Assembly (NCBI GenBank): GCA_964475245.1
Contig: CAYYVV010000005.1
Location: forward strand, 19,620-83,619
Source: an uncultured Anaerolineaceae bacterium
GTDB lineage: Bacteria; Chloroflexota; Limnocylindria; Limnocylindrales; CSP1-4
DNA: 64,000 nt
Direction of reading: 5' to 3'
Part shown: one piece after another, positions 26,797 to 37,223 of the stretch
Numbering within the stretch: the stretch's first letter is position 1
How the letters are laid out: every line of letters starts with the position of its first letter
Position numbers and translations under genes: made by a program
Notes under the pieces: generated by a model
Databases searched by the model: none
What the model was told of the DNA's origin: nothing
The model's input: the letters and a program-made list of their open reading frames with translations, nothing else

Positions 26797-27660
26797 GTGA
26801 AGCTGCTCAGCGCGGAGCTCCTCGAGACGAAGGAGTTCCTGCCCGGGCAGTGGCTCCAGCGCTTCCGCGCCCCGTCGCTCGCGGCCGGCGCACAGGCGGG
26901 ACAGTTCGTGCACGTGCGCACGCCCGACTACTCGGGGCTCGTCCTGCGCCGCCCGTTCAGCATCAACACGTACGACCGGAAAACCGGCGAGATCACGATC
27001 CATTTCAGGATCACCGGTGTCGGCACCGAGTGGATCGCCCGAACAAGGCCGGGGGATCTGGTCGAGATGCTCGGGCCGTTGGGCAAGCCATTCGAGCGCG
27101 ATCCGCGCGCGCGCCATCTGTTGCTGGTCGCCGGCGGCCTGGGCATGGCCGGCGTCAGGTCACTGGCCGACGAGGCGCTCGCCGCGGGCTGCACTGTCAC
27201 GCTGCTGTTCGGGGCGGCGAGCGCCGCGCAGGTCTACCCGAGCTCGCTGCTGCCGGATGAGGTCGAGTACGTGGTCGCGACCGACGACGGCAGCTTCGGC
27301 CACAAGGGCCTCGTGACCGAGCTCGTGCCGCAGTTCGAGCGCTGGGCCGAGCAGTGCTTCGCGTGCGGGCCGCAGCCGATGCTTGCCGCGCTCGCCCGAC
27401 TCGCCGCCGGCCGCCAGGAGCGTCTCGGCGTTGCCCGCCTCGGCGCGCGCCGTGGCGGCGGACGCAGGTCCGCGCCACTGGGCTCGAGCCAGGCGCGTCG
27501 CCGGGCCTGGCTCCAGGTGAGCATGGAGCAGAACATGGGTTGTGCCGTCGGCGCATGCCTGGGCTGCGTCGTGATGGGCACGGACGGACAACCACAGCGC
27601 GTCTGCCGCGAGGGCCCGGTCTTCGCGGCCGAGGAGATCAACTGGGAGGGCTGGCGATGA
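26797..27660 (+). CDS. pyrK: Dihydroorotate dehydrogenase B electron-transfer subunit (FAD / 2Fe-2S)
   Basis: It reads …GQFVHV…RRPFSI… (FAD-binding RxxS), LLLVAGGLGMAG, and the C-terminal cluster motif MGCAVGACLGCV…VCREGPVF. Confidence 0.85.
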   Translation: MKLLSAELLETKEFLPGQWLQRFRAPSLAAGAQAGQFVHVRTPDYSGLVLRRPFSINTYDRKTGEITIHFRITGVGTEWIARTRPGDLVEMLGPLGKPFERDPRARHLLLVAGGLGMAGVRSLADEALAAGCTVTLLFGAASAAQVYPSSLLPDEVEYVVATDDGSFGHKGLVTELVPQFERWAEQCFACGPQPMLAALARLAAGRQERLGVARLGARRGGGRRSAPLGSSQARRRAWLQVSMEQNMGCAVGACLGCVVMGTDGQPQRVCREGPVFAAEEINWEGWR

Positions 27661-28310
27661 GACCGGTCGGCGCAGTGGTGGGCGTCTTTGGATCGGCGGC
27701 GATCGCAATCGGGTCGGTCGTCTCGGCGATTGCCTATTCGGGGACGCAGAGCGAGCAGTATTCGCCGTTGACCCACTGGGTGTCGGAGCTGGGCCAGGTC
27801 GGCGTGTCCGCGCTGGCGTCCGTCTTCAACGCCGGGCTGATCGTCGGTGGCGTCTGCTTCGCCGTCTTCATCACCGCGCTCGGCGCGACGCGCCGCACCC
27901 GCCTCGCATCGCTGTACGTGCCCATCGGCATTGCCGCCGGCATCGCCGGTTCGCTCGTGGGCGTTTACCCCATGAACGACCTGGACCTGCACGGCATCGC
28001 CGCGCTGACGTTCTTCAACCTGGGCTGGATCTGCGTCGGCCTCGCGTCGTGGGACTTCGTGCGCAGGCGCGAAGCCCGATTTCCGTCTTGGCTCGCCGTC
28101 ATCGGGTCGCTCACCGTCGCCGCGTTCATCGCCTTTCTGGTCTTACTCGTGCCGTTGCTCGGCGGCGACGGCCTCGGGACGCCCGACGTCAGGCCGCAAG
28201 GCTTCTGGATCGTTCCGGCCCTCGAATGGGCGGTCGTGATCGGCATACTGGTCTGGACCTTCGCGACCTCGGTCAGCTGGTGGAGGACACAAGTTGGCGC
28301 TCGTGACTGA
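27657..28310 (+). CDS. DUF998-like polytopic membrane protein embedded in the pyr operon
   Basis: Its ATG overlaps the pyrK stop (ATGA). It has six hydrophobic helices and the motif …YSPLTHWVSELGQ…FNAGLIVGG… seen in the DUF998 family (from memory, not searched). Its 3' end overlaps the pyrD start by 17 nt. Confidence 0.55.
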   Translation: MRPVGAVVGVFGSAAIAIGSVVSAIAYSGTQSEQYSPLTHWVSELGQVGVSALASVFNAGLIVGGVCFAVFITALGATRRTRLASLYVPIGIAAGIAGSLVGVYPMNDLDLHGIAALTFFNLGWICVGLASWDFVRRREARFPSWLAVIGSLTVAAFIAFLVLLVPLLGGDGLGTPDVRPQGFWIVPALEWAVVIGILVWTFATSVSWWRTQVGARD

Positions 28311-29283
28311 GGCGGTCGAATCGGGCGTGGACCTGTCGGTCGACCTTGGCCGCGGCCTCGTGCTCGACAACCCGGTCATGGTCGCGTCGGGCACGTTCGG
28401 CTACGGGATCGAGTACGGCGACGTGGTCGACGTGCAGCGCCTGGGCGCGATCTGCTCGAAGGGGACGACGCTCCGGCCGCGGATCGGCAATCCGCCGCCG
28501 CGCGTGACCGAGACGCCGGCCGGCATGCTCAACTCGATCGGACTGCAGAACCCGGGCGTCAATGCAGTGCTCGACAAGTACTCGACCACCTGGTCGCGCT
28601 GGACCGTGCCAGTCATCGTCAACGTCGCCGGCGAGTCGATCGAGGACTATGTCGAGGTCTGCCGCCGGCTTGACGGGCAACCCGGCGTCGCGGGTATCGA
28701 GCTCAACATCTCGTGTCCGAACGTTGGCGCAGGCGGCCTGCAGTTCGCGCTCGATCCGGGTGCGGCCGGTGAGCTGACGGCTGCCGTTCGCGAAGCCACC
28801 GACCTGCCGCTGATGGTCAAGCTCTCCCCCGCCGCCGCGGATATCCGAACGATCGCCAAGCGCATCGCTGAAGGTGGTGCCGATGCGATCAGCGCATGCA
28901 ACACGCTGCCCGGGATGGCCATCGACCGGCTGCGCCGCAAGCCGCTGCTGGGCAACGTCTACGGGGGCTTGAGCGGACCCGCGTTGAAACCCGTCGCGCT
29001 GCGCGTCGTCTACGAGGTCGCGCAGGTGGTCAAGATCCCGATCGTCGCGATCGGCGGCATCGGCTCGCTCGACGACGTGCTCGATTACCTGTTCGCGGGC
29101 GCGGCCGCGGTCCAGGTTGGCACGGCCGTGTTCGCCGATCCGGTCCTGCCGCTGCGGCTCATCGATGAGCTTGCCGCCTGGTGCGCCGCGCACGGGTATT
29201 CGTCGCATCGCGATGTCGTGGGCGCGGCTCTGCCGCAACGGCGCGACAAGCCGAGCGTCAAGGTTTCCGAGTACCGGCCGTGA
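28294..29283 (+). CDS. pyrD: Dihydroorotate dehydrogenase, class 1B catalytic subunit
   Basis: It reads …LDNPVMVASGTFGYG…GAICSKGTT…MLNSIGLQNPG…IELNISCPN…. GGAGGA lies 6 nt upstream of the TTG at 28294. Confidence 0.9.
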   Translation: MALVTEAVESGVDLSVDLGRGLVLDNPVMVASGTFGYGIEYGDVVDVQRLGAICSKGTTLRPRIGNPPPRVTETPAGMLNSIGLQNPGVNAVLDKYSTTWSRWTVPVIVNVAGESIEDYVEVCRRLDGQPGVAGIELNISCPNVGAGGLQFALDPGAAGELTAAVREATDLPLMVKLSPAAADIRTIAKRIAEGGADAISACNTLPGMAIDRLRRKPLLGNVYGGLSGPALKPVALRVVYEVAQVVKIPIVAIGGIGSLDDVLDYLFAGAAAVQVGTAVFADPVLPLRLIDELAAWCAAHGYSSHRDVVGAALPQRRDKPSVKVSEYRP

Positions 29284-29936
29284 GCGATGTTGCGCAGCGC
29301 GTCGAGCAGCTCTTCGCTGAATCCGGCGCCTACCGGCAGGGTCATTTCAAGCTCAAGAGCGGCCGTCACGGCGATCGCTACCTGGAGAAGTTCCAGGTCC
29401 TGCAATGGCCGGAACGGGTCGCGGAGATCTGCGGCTTCATGGCCGACGCGTGCCGCGAAGCCGCCGGGGCAACGCCGATCGAAGTCGTCGTCGGCCCGAC
29501 GACCGGCGGCGTGATCCTCGCCTACGAGGTCGCGCGACGGCTGGGCACGCGCGGCTTTTTCGCCGAGAACGTCACCGACGCCAACGGCTCGCGGCGCGAG
29601 CTGCGCCGCGGCTTCCGGATCGAGCCGGGTGAGCGCGTGGCGCTGGTCGACGATGTCGTCACGACCGGCGCTTCACTGCTCGAGATGATCCCGCTGATCG
29701 AGTCGACCGGTGGCGAGATCGCGGCAATCGTGGTGATCGTCGACCGCTCGGGCGAGCTGGCCGGCCTGATCTCGCCGTCGACCGGCGAGCGCTACCGTGC
29801 CGAAGCCCTGTGGAGTCTCAACCTGCCCACCTACGAGCCCGGTCCACAGACATGCCCGGCCTGCGCCGCAGGCCTGCCGGTGGAGGCGCCGGGCTCGAGC
29901 GGCACCTCGACCGGACTTCAACTACCGGATCGTTGA
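29280..29936 (+). CDS. pyrE: Orotate phosphoribosyltransferase
   Basis: The GTG at 29280 overlaps the pyrD stop (GTGA). It reads …YRQGHFKLKSGRHGDRYLEKF…VALVDDVVTTGASL… (PRPP motif). Confidence 0.85.
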   Translation: MSDVAQRVEQLFAESGAYRQGHFKLKSGRHGDRYLEKFQVLQWPERVAEICGFMADACREAAGATPIEVVVGPTTGGVILAYEVARRLGTRGFFAENVTDANGSRRELRRGFRIEPGERVALVDDVVTTGASLLEMIPLIESTGGEIAAIVVIVDRSGELAGLISPSTGERYRAEALWSLNLPTYEPGPQTCPACAAGLPVEAPGSSGTSTGLQLPDR

Positions 29937-29983
29937 ATTTGCAGAATGGCAGCACAGGTTGACCCGATTACGCCTGGTTTGGC

Positions 29984-30772
29984 CTAGGTGTGAGCGCCGC
30001 CCAGCGAATTGACGACAGCGCTCACGGCGTAGCCCACGATGGCCGCGCCCAGTCCGATGGCGACCATCTTGGCGCCGCTCATGCGCCAGTCGCCGACGAG
30101 CGTGATCGCCGAGTAGGCGCCGACGGCGAAGAGCGTGATAGCGCTCAGGACGAAGGCGACGACGATCGCGGCCGAGCGATCGAGAAAGACAAACGGGACG
30201 AGCGGGATCACATGGCCGATGAGGGTCGCGACGGTGATGACGACCGACGTTCGGGCGATCTGGCGCGTCTCGACGGGCTGCAGGTGGAGCTCCTCGCTCA
30301 TCATCGTGTCGACCCACCGGTCGCGGTTGGCGACGATCGTCTCGACGACCTGGTCGAGCAGCTCGCCACTGAAGCCCTTGGCAGCGTAGATCTCGCGCAC
30401 CTCATCGCGCTCGACCTCGGGCTCCGACTCGATCTCCTCTTGCTCGCGCCCCTCCTCGGCGCGGTAGAAATCGCGCTCGGAAACCGACGACGTGTAGCCC
30501 ACGGCACCCATCGAGATCGATTCGGTGATCGCGGCGGCAACGCCGGTCACGAGCAGCACGGTCGTCGAGCCGCCGCCCGCGATGACGCCGAGGATGATGC
30601 CCAGGATGTTCACCAGGCCGTCCTGGCCACCCAGGATCACGTCGCGCAGCCAGTTCGTGCCGCGATGCGGCTCGGCGTGTCTCTGCCGCGCGCGTCCGCC
30701 ATGGGCGGCGCGCGCGGCGCGGCCCAGCTTGGTCTTGGCTTCAGACGGGGGCGAGGCGATGGTCTTTGCCAT
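29984..30772 (-). CDS. VIT1/CCC1-family iron/manganese transporter
   Basis: It reads …NWLRDVILGGQDGLVNILGIILGV…, followed by a cytoplasmic acidic helix region EEGREQEEIESEPE and three C-terminal TM helices. Confidence 0.75.
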   Translation of the reverse strand: MAKTIASPPSEAKTKLGRAARAAHGGRARQRHAEPHRGTNWLRDVILGGQDGLVNILGIILGVIAGGGSTTVLLVTGVAAAITESISMGAVGYTSSVSERDFYRAEEGREQEEIESEPEVERDEVREIYAAKGFSGELLDQVVETIVANRDRWVDTMMSEELHLQPVETRQIARTSVVITVATLIGHVIPLVPFVFLDRSAAIVVAFVLSAITLFAVGAYSAITLVGDWRMSGAKMVAIGLGAAIVGYAVSAVVNSLGGAHT

Positions 30773-30783
30773 CGCCTCGAAGG

Positions 30784-31734
30784 TTAGCCGCTCAGGTCCG
30801 CGTTGAACGCTGCGCGCAGCTCCTCATCTGAGGCAATGCCCTCGAACTTGGCCGTGACCTTGCCACTCGAGTCGACGACGAAGATGTACGGCTCCGTCTG
30901 CAGCCCCCACACGTTCGTGGCGTCAACCGGGATGGGCAGGTTGTCGTCCGAGAGCACCGGCTGGAGCTGACCGCTGACGATCTGGAGCTTGTATGGCTCG
31001 ATGTGGATGAAGGTCAGCTTGTCCTTGTAGTCGGCGGCGACGGACTTGACCAGGTCGAGCGTCGGCCCGCAGGTCGCCGAGCGGCAGAACGCGGGCGTGG
31101 CGAAGACGAGAACGAACGGCTTGTGCTGGGCGAGCGCGTCCGATTCGGAGACCTTGTAGAAGTCGGGGTCGGGCGACGTGTCGGACGAGATGGTCGCGAT
31201 CTGTGCCGGCGTGGTCGCGGTGGGCGTCGGCGTGTTGGGCGCCTGGGCGCCGATCGCCGGCGTAAAGCCTGTCGGCAGCACCTGGAACACCACGCGCCCG
31301 GTGCGCTTGGTTCCGTCCGGCTCGCTGGCGATCGCTTCGAGCCCCCAGTCGCCGTCCGCATCGAAGCTGACGCCCGTGCGGTACAGCCCGGGCCGGCCCT
31401 GGATCGTGGGCAGGTAGACGGCCTGCTCGTCCGCCTTTGGCTGGCTCGGATCAACGGCCAGGTCGTAGAAGCGCAGCTCGACGGGCAGTGTGGGCGACGC
31501 GAGCGCGTTGTTCTGCTGGTCGATCAGGTTCACGAGCAGACGGTTTGGCCCGACGACTATCTCGGTCGAGACCGGATACGGGATCAGGTCCGAGCTGACG
31601 TTGGGCGGCCAGCCGGGATAGCCACCGACCGGCGCCTGGACAGGCGACGGCGTCGGTGCGCCGCCCGCGGCCCCGCAGGCAGCCACGAGCAGGGCAACGG
31701 AGAAGAAGAGTGCCACACGACGCATCCGGGCCAA
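30784..31734 (-). CDS. Lipoprotein with a thioredoxin-fold C-terminal domain (candidate copper/oxidase assembly factor)
   Basis: The lipobox is LLVAAC. The C-terminal …KPFVLVFATPAFCRSATCGPTLD… resembles the redox Cys pair of the Trx-like/SCO-like family. The gene is divergent from ctaA-ctaB. Confidence 0.6.
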   Translation of the reverse strand: MARMRRVALFFSVALLVAACGAAGGAPTPSPVQAPVGGYPGWPPNVSSDLIPYPVSTEIVVGPNRLLVNLIDQQNNALASPTLPVELRFYDLAVDPSQPKADEQAVYLPTIQGRPGLYRTGVSFDADGDWGLEAIASEPDGTKRTGRVVFQVLPTGFTPAIGAQAPNTPTPTATTPAQIATISSDTSPDPDFYKVSESDALAQHKPFVLVFATPAFCRSATCGPTLDLVKSVAADYKDKLTFIHIEPYKLQIVSGQLQPVLSDDNLPIPVDATNVWGLQTEPYIFVVDSSGKVTAKFEGIASDEELRAAFNADLSG

Positions 31735-31793
31735 CAGTAACGCCGTTTCCTTAAGGGCGGCTTAACGCGCGATGCATACAATCGATCTTCCCG

Positions 31794-33713
<1,920 letters not shown>

Positions 33714-34659
33714 TTCGCGCCACTCTGACCGACCCGATCTCCCGGGCTCAAGCCAGCCAGGCACGGATCGACGCGCTGTGGGACTTCGACGACCCGTCTG
33801 CGTCGGAGGCCCGACTCCGGGCGGCAGCCGATTCCGCGACCGGGGTTGAGCGCGACGTACTCCTGACCCAGGTTGCCCGAGCAATTGGCCTGCAGGGTCG
33901 TTTCGACGACGCGCTGGCCATCCTCGGATCGGTGCGCTCCGAGGAGCGCGAAACCGTCGTTCGAGTCTTGCTTGAGAACGGTCGCGTGATCAACTCACGT
34001 GGCGAGCCGGAGCGTGCACGGCCCGAGTTCGATGCAGCGCTGGCGGCCGCGAGCGACGCCGGCCTGGACCAGCTCGCGGTCGATGCGCTGCACATGCTCG
34101 CCATCGTGGCGCCGCGTTCGGAGCAGGACGCGCTGAACCAGCGCGCGCTCGGCCTTGCCGCTTCGTCGGCCGACCCTCGCGCGCGCCAGTGGCGAGGCAG
34201 CCTGCTCAACAACATGGGCTGGACCGCGTTCAACCGGGCCGATCTCGACGCGGCGCTCGCGCTCTTCGAGGTCGCGCTCGCAGAGCGGCGGAGCCAGGGC
34301 AAGGCGACCGACGTAATCGTCGCGCGCTGGTGCGTGGCCCGGACCTTGCGCGAGCTGGGCCGAGTGACAGCCGCACTCGCCATCCAGCTCGAGCTCGCTG
34401 ACGAGCTGCGCGCGGCAGGCAAATCAGACCACTACGTAGACGACGAGATTGCCGCCTGCCGCGCCGCCCTGATCGGCCACGCCGATCAACCGTCCGCCGA
34501 GCGCTGATTCGCACGGGCCGCAACCGGGCTGTGATCACGCCCTCATCATCAATCCGCGCTCCAGACGGCCAAAACGTCGCTCGAAACAGTCCGAAACCGG
34601 GTCCGGCCGTGCCTCGCGAGCGGCACACCGGACGTTTGATCGGTCACACCGATCACGTC

Positions 34660-34719
34660 CGCAGCCAGACGCCAGCCAGGCGCAGCCAGACGCAGCCAGA
34701 CGCAGCCAGACGCAGCCAG
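34660..34719. repeat. Tandem 10-bp repeat (CGCAGCCAGA), about 6 units with the outer ones degenerate
   Basis: It reads GCAGCCAGAC GCCAGCCAGG CGCAGCCAGA CGCAGCCAGA CGCAGCCAGA CGCAGCCAGT, in the 460-bp non-coding gap between convergent genes. Confidence 0.8.
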
Positions 34720-34967
34720 TCCGGGGGTTACTCGATTTGCGGGTCATTCGTCCGCCGAAGGCCGCGATTCGTGGCGCCGGACCTTCCGGTGCGGAGCCCA
34801 GGTCCGGTTCCCACGCTCCAGCATCGGCAGTCGATTGACCGGCACGAGGGCGAAATCCCGTGATCGGGTCGCTCGGCGGACGGTTGACTCGGAATACGAG
34901 TAGAAGCGGTCGCTGGCCATGCACTGGCTGGGCGACAAGGACCCCTGACCGCTTGGTCGGCCGGAGG

Positions 34968-35984
34968 TTAGTCGGTGGGAGGCTGGGGTGCGGGTCTGGC
35001 GGCGAGTCGGGCGCGCTGGGCCTCGTCGCGGTCGAGCTTCTGGTCGGCCAGCCGGCCGGCCTCCTCCTCTGCGCGCAACCAGACCCACACGGCCAGGATC
35101 ATGGCCGTCAGGAAGAAGAGATCGCCGCCCAGCCACATGATGCCGCCCGCGAGCTGCTGGTCCTGGAGCGGAGTTGGGCCCCAGTTGCGCACGAGCGTGG
35201 CGTAGTGCTGGTAGATCGGCCCCGGCGCCGAGAAGATGGCCAGGCCGAGGAACGACGACTGGGGCATGCCCAGGGCGAGGTAGCCGACGCGCGCCGGATG
35301 GGGCAGCCGCCACGGCGTTGGGTCGGCGCCGACGACGGGCCACCAGAAGAGCAGCCCGGAAGCCAGGTAGAGACCATGCTCGAAGACGTGGATCGCGTCG
35401 TTGTCGAGCGACGCTTCGAAGAGCCCCGAGAAGTGGCTGCCCCACATGACCGCGGCGAACAGCGTCCAGGTCACGATCGGGTGACCGATCAGGCGCACGG
35501 GCCACGAGTGGAGCACGGGCAGGATGACGCGGCGCCGCGTGTCGGACGATGAGATGCGCAACAGGAGCGTGATCGGCGCGCCCATCGCCAGCAGCGGCGC
35601 CGCGATGAAGACCAGCGCGAGGTGCTGGATCATGTGGTCGGCGAAGAGAGTGTCGTCGTAGACCGCGATCGGCGAGGCGAGAGCGATCAGCAGCGTGAGC
35701 AGGCCGCCGTACCAGAACCACGAGCGGTAGCGCGGCACGCGGTTGCCCGGATGCGCGGCGTTGACCTTGGTGACCGCCCAATGCCAGAGCAACGCGGCGA
35801 TGGCCAGCGGCAGCAGCGTGTACCAGTCGAGCTGCCAGGAGAGCAGCACGCTCAGCATCGATCCGGGCGGCGGCGCATAGCCATGGGCCAGGACCGGAGC
35901 CGGGACGACCAGAGCGATGAGCGCGAGACCGACGATCCCCGCAGCGAATCGCAGCGTTCGCGCGAGCACGGCGATGCGGATCAC
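34968..35984 (-). CDS. ctaG: Cytochrome c oxidase assembly factor CtaG (caa3 CtaG family membrane protein)
   Basis: It reads …WQLDWYTLLPLAIAALLWHWAV…LFADHMIQHLALVFIAAPLLAMGAPITLLLR… with a GTG start. It is divergent from coxB. Confidence 0.75.
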   Translation of the reverse strand: MIRIAVLARTLRFAAGIVGLALIALVVPAPVLAHGYAPPPGSMLSVLLSWQLDWYTLLPLAIAALLWHWAVTKVNAAHPGNRVPRYRSWFWYGGLLTLLIALASPIAVYDDTLFADHMIQHLALVFIAAPLLAMGAPITLLLRISSSDTRRRVILPVLHSWPVRLIGHPIVTWTLFAAVMWGSHFSGLFEASLDNDAIHVFEHGLYLASGLLFWWPVVGADPTPWRLPHPARVGYLALGMPQSSFLGLAIFSAPGPIYQHYATLVRNWGPTPLQDQQLAGGIMWLGGDLFFLTAMILAVWVWLRAEEEAGRLADQKLDRDEAQRARLAARPAPQPPTD

Positions 35985-36044
35985 GGCCTATTATGTGGGC
36001 TGCCCGTCTCGAACGATCCTTTCCGACCTTGACAGGGAGTCTGC

Positions 36045-37214
36045 GTGCCACTGGTCGGCGTGCGAAGCCTCGTCCGTAAACCAGACACTGAGCGAAGCGA
36101 GCGCCCCGGCCGCGCGGGTCGGTTGGCGCGTGCCTTCGCGCTGTTCGCCCTCGTCGCGCTGACGACGCTCCTGGTCGCGTGCTCGGGCGCGAAGCTGCCC
36201 ACGGGCAACGAGCCGGGCAGCGAGCCCGCGCCGGGTATCACCCCGGTCGCGCCCGTGTCGACGTCGGGTGAGGCAACGCTGAACCTGTACGTGATCACGT
36301 TCGTCATCGCGATCATCGTCTTCTTCCTCGTCGAAGGGCTGCTGCTGTTCATCTCCTTCCGCTTCCGACGGCGCAAGGGCGACGACAAGCTGCCCACGCA
36401 GACGCACGGCAACAACGTGCTCGAGATCCTGTGGACGATCGTGCCGGCTCTGGTTGTCACGGGCCTGTTCGTGCTCGTCGTCGGAACGCTCAACCAGGAG
36501 CAAGCGATCTCCGCCAACCCGGCCGTGACCATCGACGTCACCGGCTTCCAGTGGCAGTGGACGTTCGAGTACCCGGACCAGGGCCTGAAGTACACCGGAG
36601 CCGGTCGAAACGGCCCAGTCATGGCGCTGCCGGTCAACGAGACAGTTCATATCCGGCTCCACTCAGCCGACGTGATCCACTCGTTCTACGTGCCCCAGTT
36701 TCTCTACAAGCTGGACGTCATCCCGGGCCGGACGAATGAGTTCGACGTCGTCGTCCAACAGGTTGGAACGTTCGCCGGCCAATGCGCCGAGTTCTGCGGC
36801 ATCGGCCATGCCGACATGCACTTCACCGTCCAGGCGATGAGCCCGCCCGACTTCCAGACCTGGGTTGCGCAACAGCAGGCGCAGGAATCGGCCGCGCCCG
36901 CGCAGCCATCCGGTGCGCCCGGCGCGCAGACCGTGCAGGTCTCGTCGGTCAGCGCCACGTCCGGCTTCAACCCGAACGCGCTGACGATCACGGCCAACCA
37001 GCCATGGACCGTCCAGCTCACCAACGCCGACCCGTCAGTGCCGCACAACTTCTCGATCCACAAGGCGAATGCGGACGGCAGCGACTGGCTCGCGCCGGTC
37101 AACGCCGACGGCGGCGGCAGCGCCGTGTACAACCCACCGCCGCTGGCACCGGGTGACTACCAGTTCTTCTGCAGCATCCATCCGAACATGGTCGGCACAC
37201 TCCATGTCCAGTAG
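36045..37214 (+). CDS. coxB: Cytochrome c oxidase subunit II (CuA) with a C-terminal type-1 cupredoxin domain
   Basis: The lipobox-like signal is LLVACSG. There are two TM helices and the CuA site HSFYVPQF…CAEFCGIGHADM. An additional ~95-aa C-terminal domain (nt ~36933-37211) has …VPHNFSIH…YQFFCSIHPNMVGTLHV (H…C-x2-H-x2-M). Confidence 0.85.
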   Translation: MPLVGVRSLVRKPDTERSERPGRAGRLARAFALFALVALTTLLVACSGAKLPTGNEPGSEPAPGITPVAPVSTSGEATLNLYVITFVIAIIVFFLVEGLLLFISFRFRRRKGDDKLPTQTHGNNVLEILWTIVPALVVTGLFVLVVGTLNQEQAISANPAVTIDVTGFQWQWTFEYPDQGLKYTGAGRNGPVMALPVNETVHIRLHSADVIHSFYVPQFLYKLDVIPGRTNEFDVVVQQVGTFAGQCAEFCGIGHADMHFTVQAMSPPDFQTWVAQQQAQESAAPAQPSGAPGAQTVQVSSVSATSGFNPNALTITANQPWTVQLTNADPSVPHNFSIHKANADGSDWLAPVNADGGGSAVYNPPPLAPGDYQFFCSIHPNMVGTLHVQ

Positions 37215-37223
37215 GAAGGTCTG

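Noticed and set aside
34780-34960. A riboswitch-like stretch (…GGGCGAAATCCCGTGATCGGG…), vaguely reminiscent of a cobalamin element.
   Set aside because: It lies downstream of both flanking genes, so there is nothing for it to regulate. It lacks the B12 box and the conserved GCCACTG core, and the similarity is superficial.
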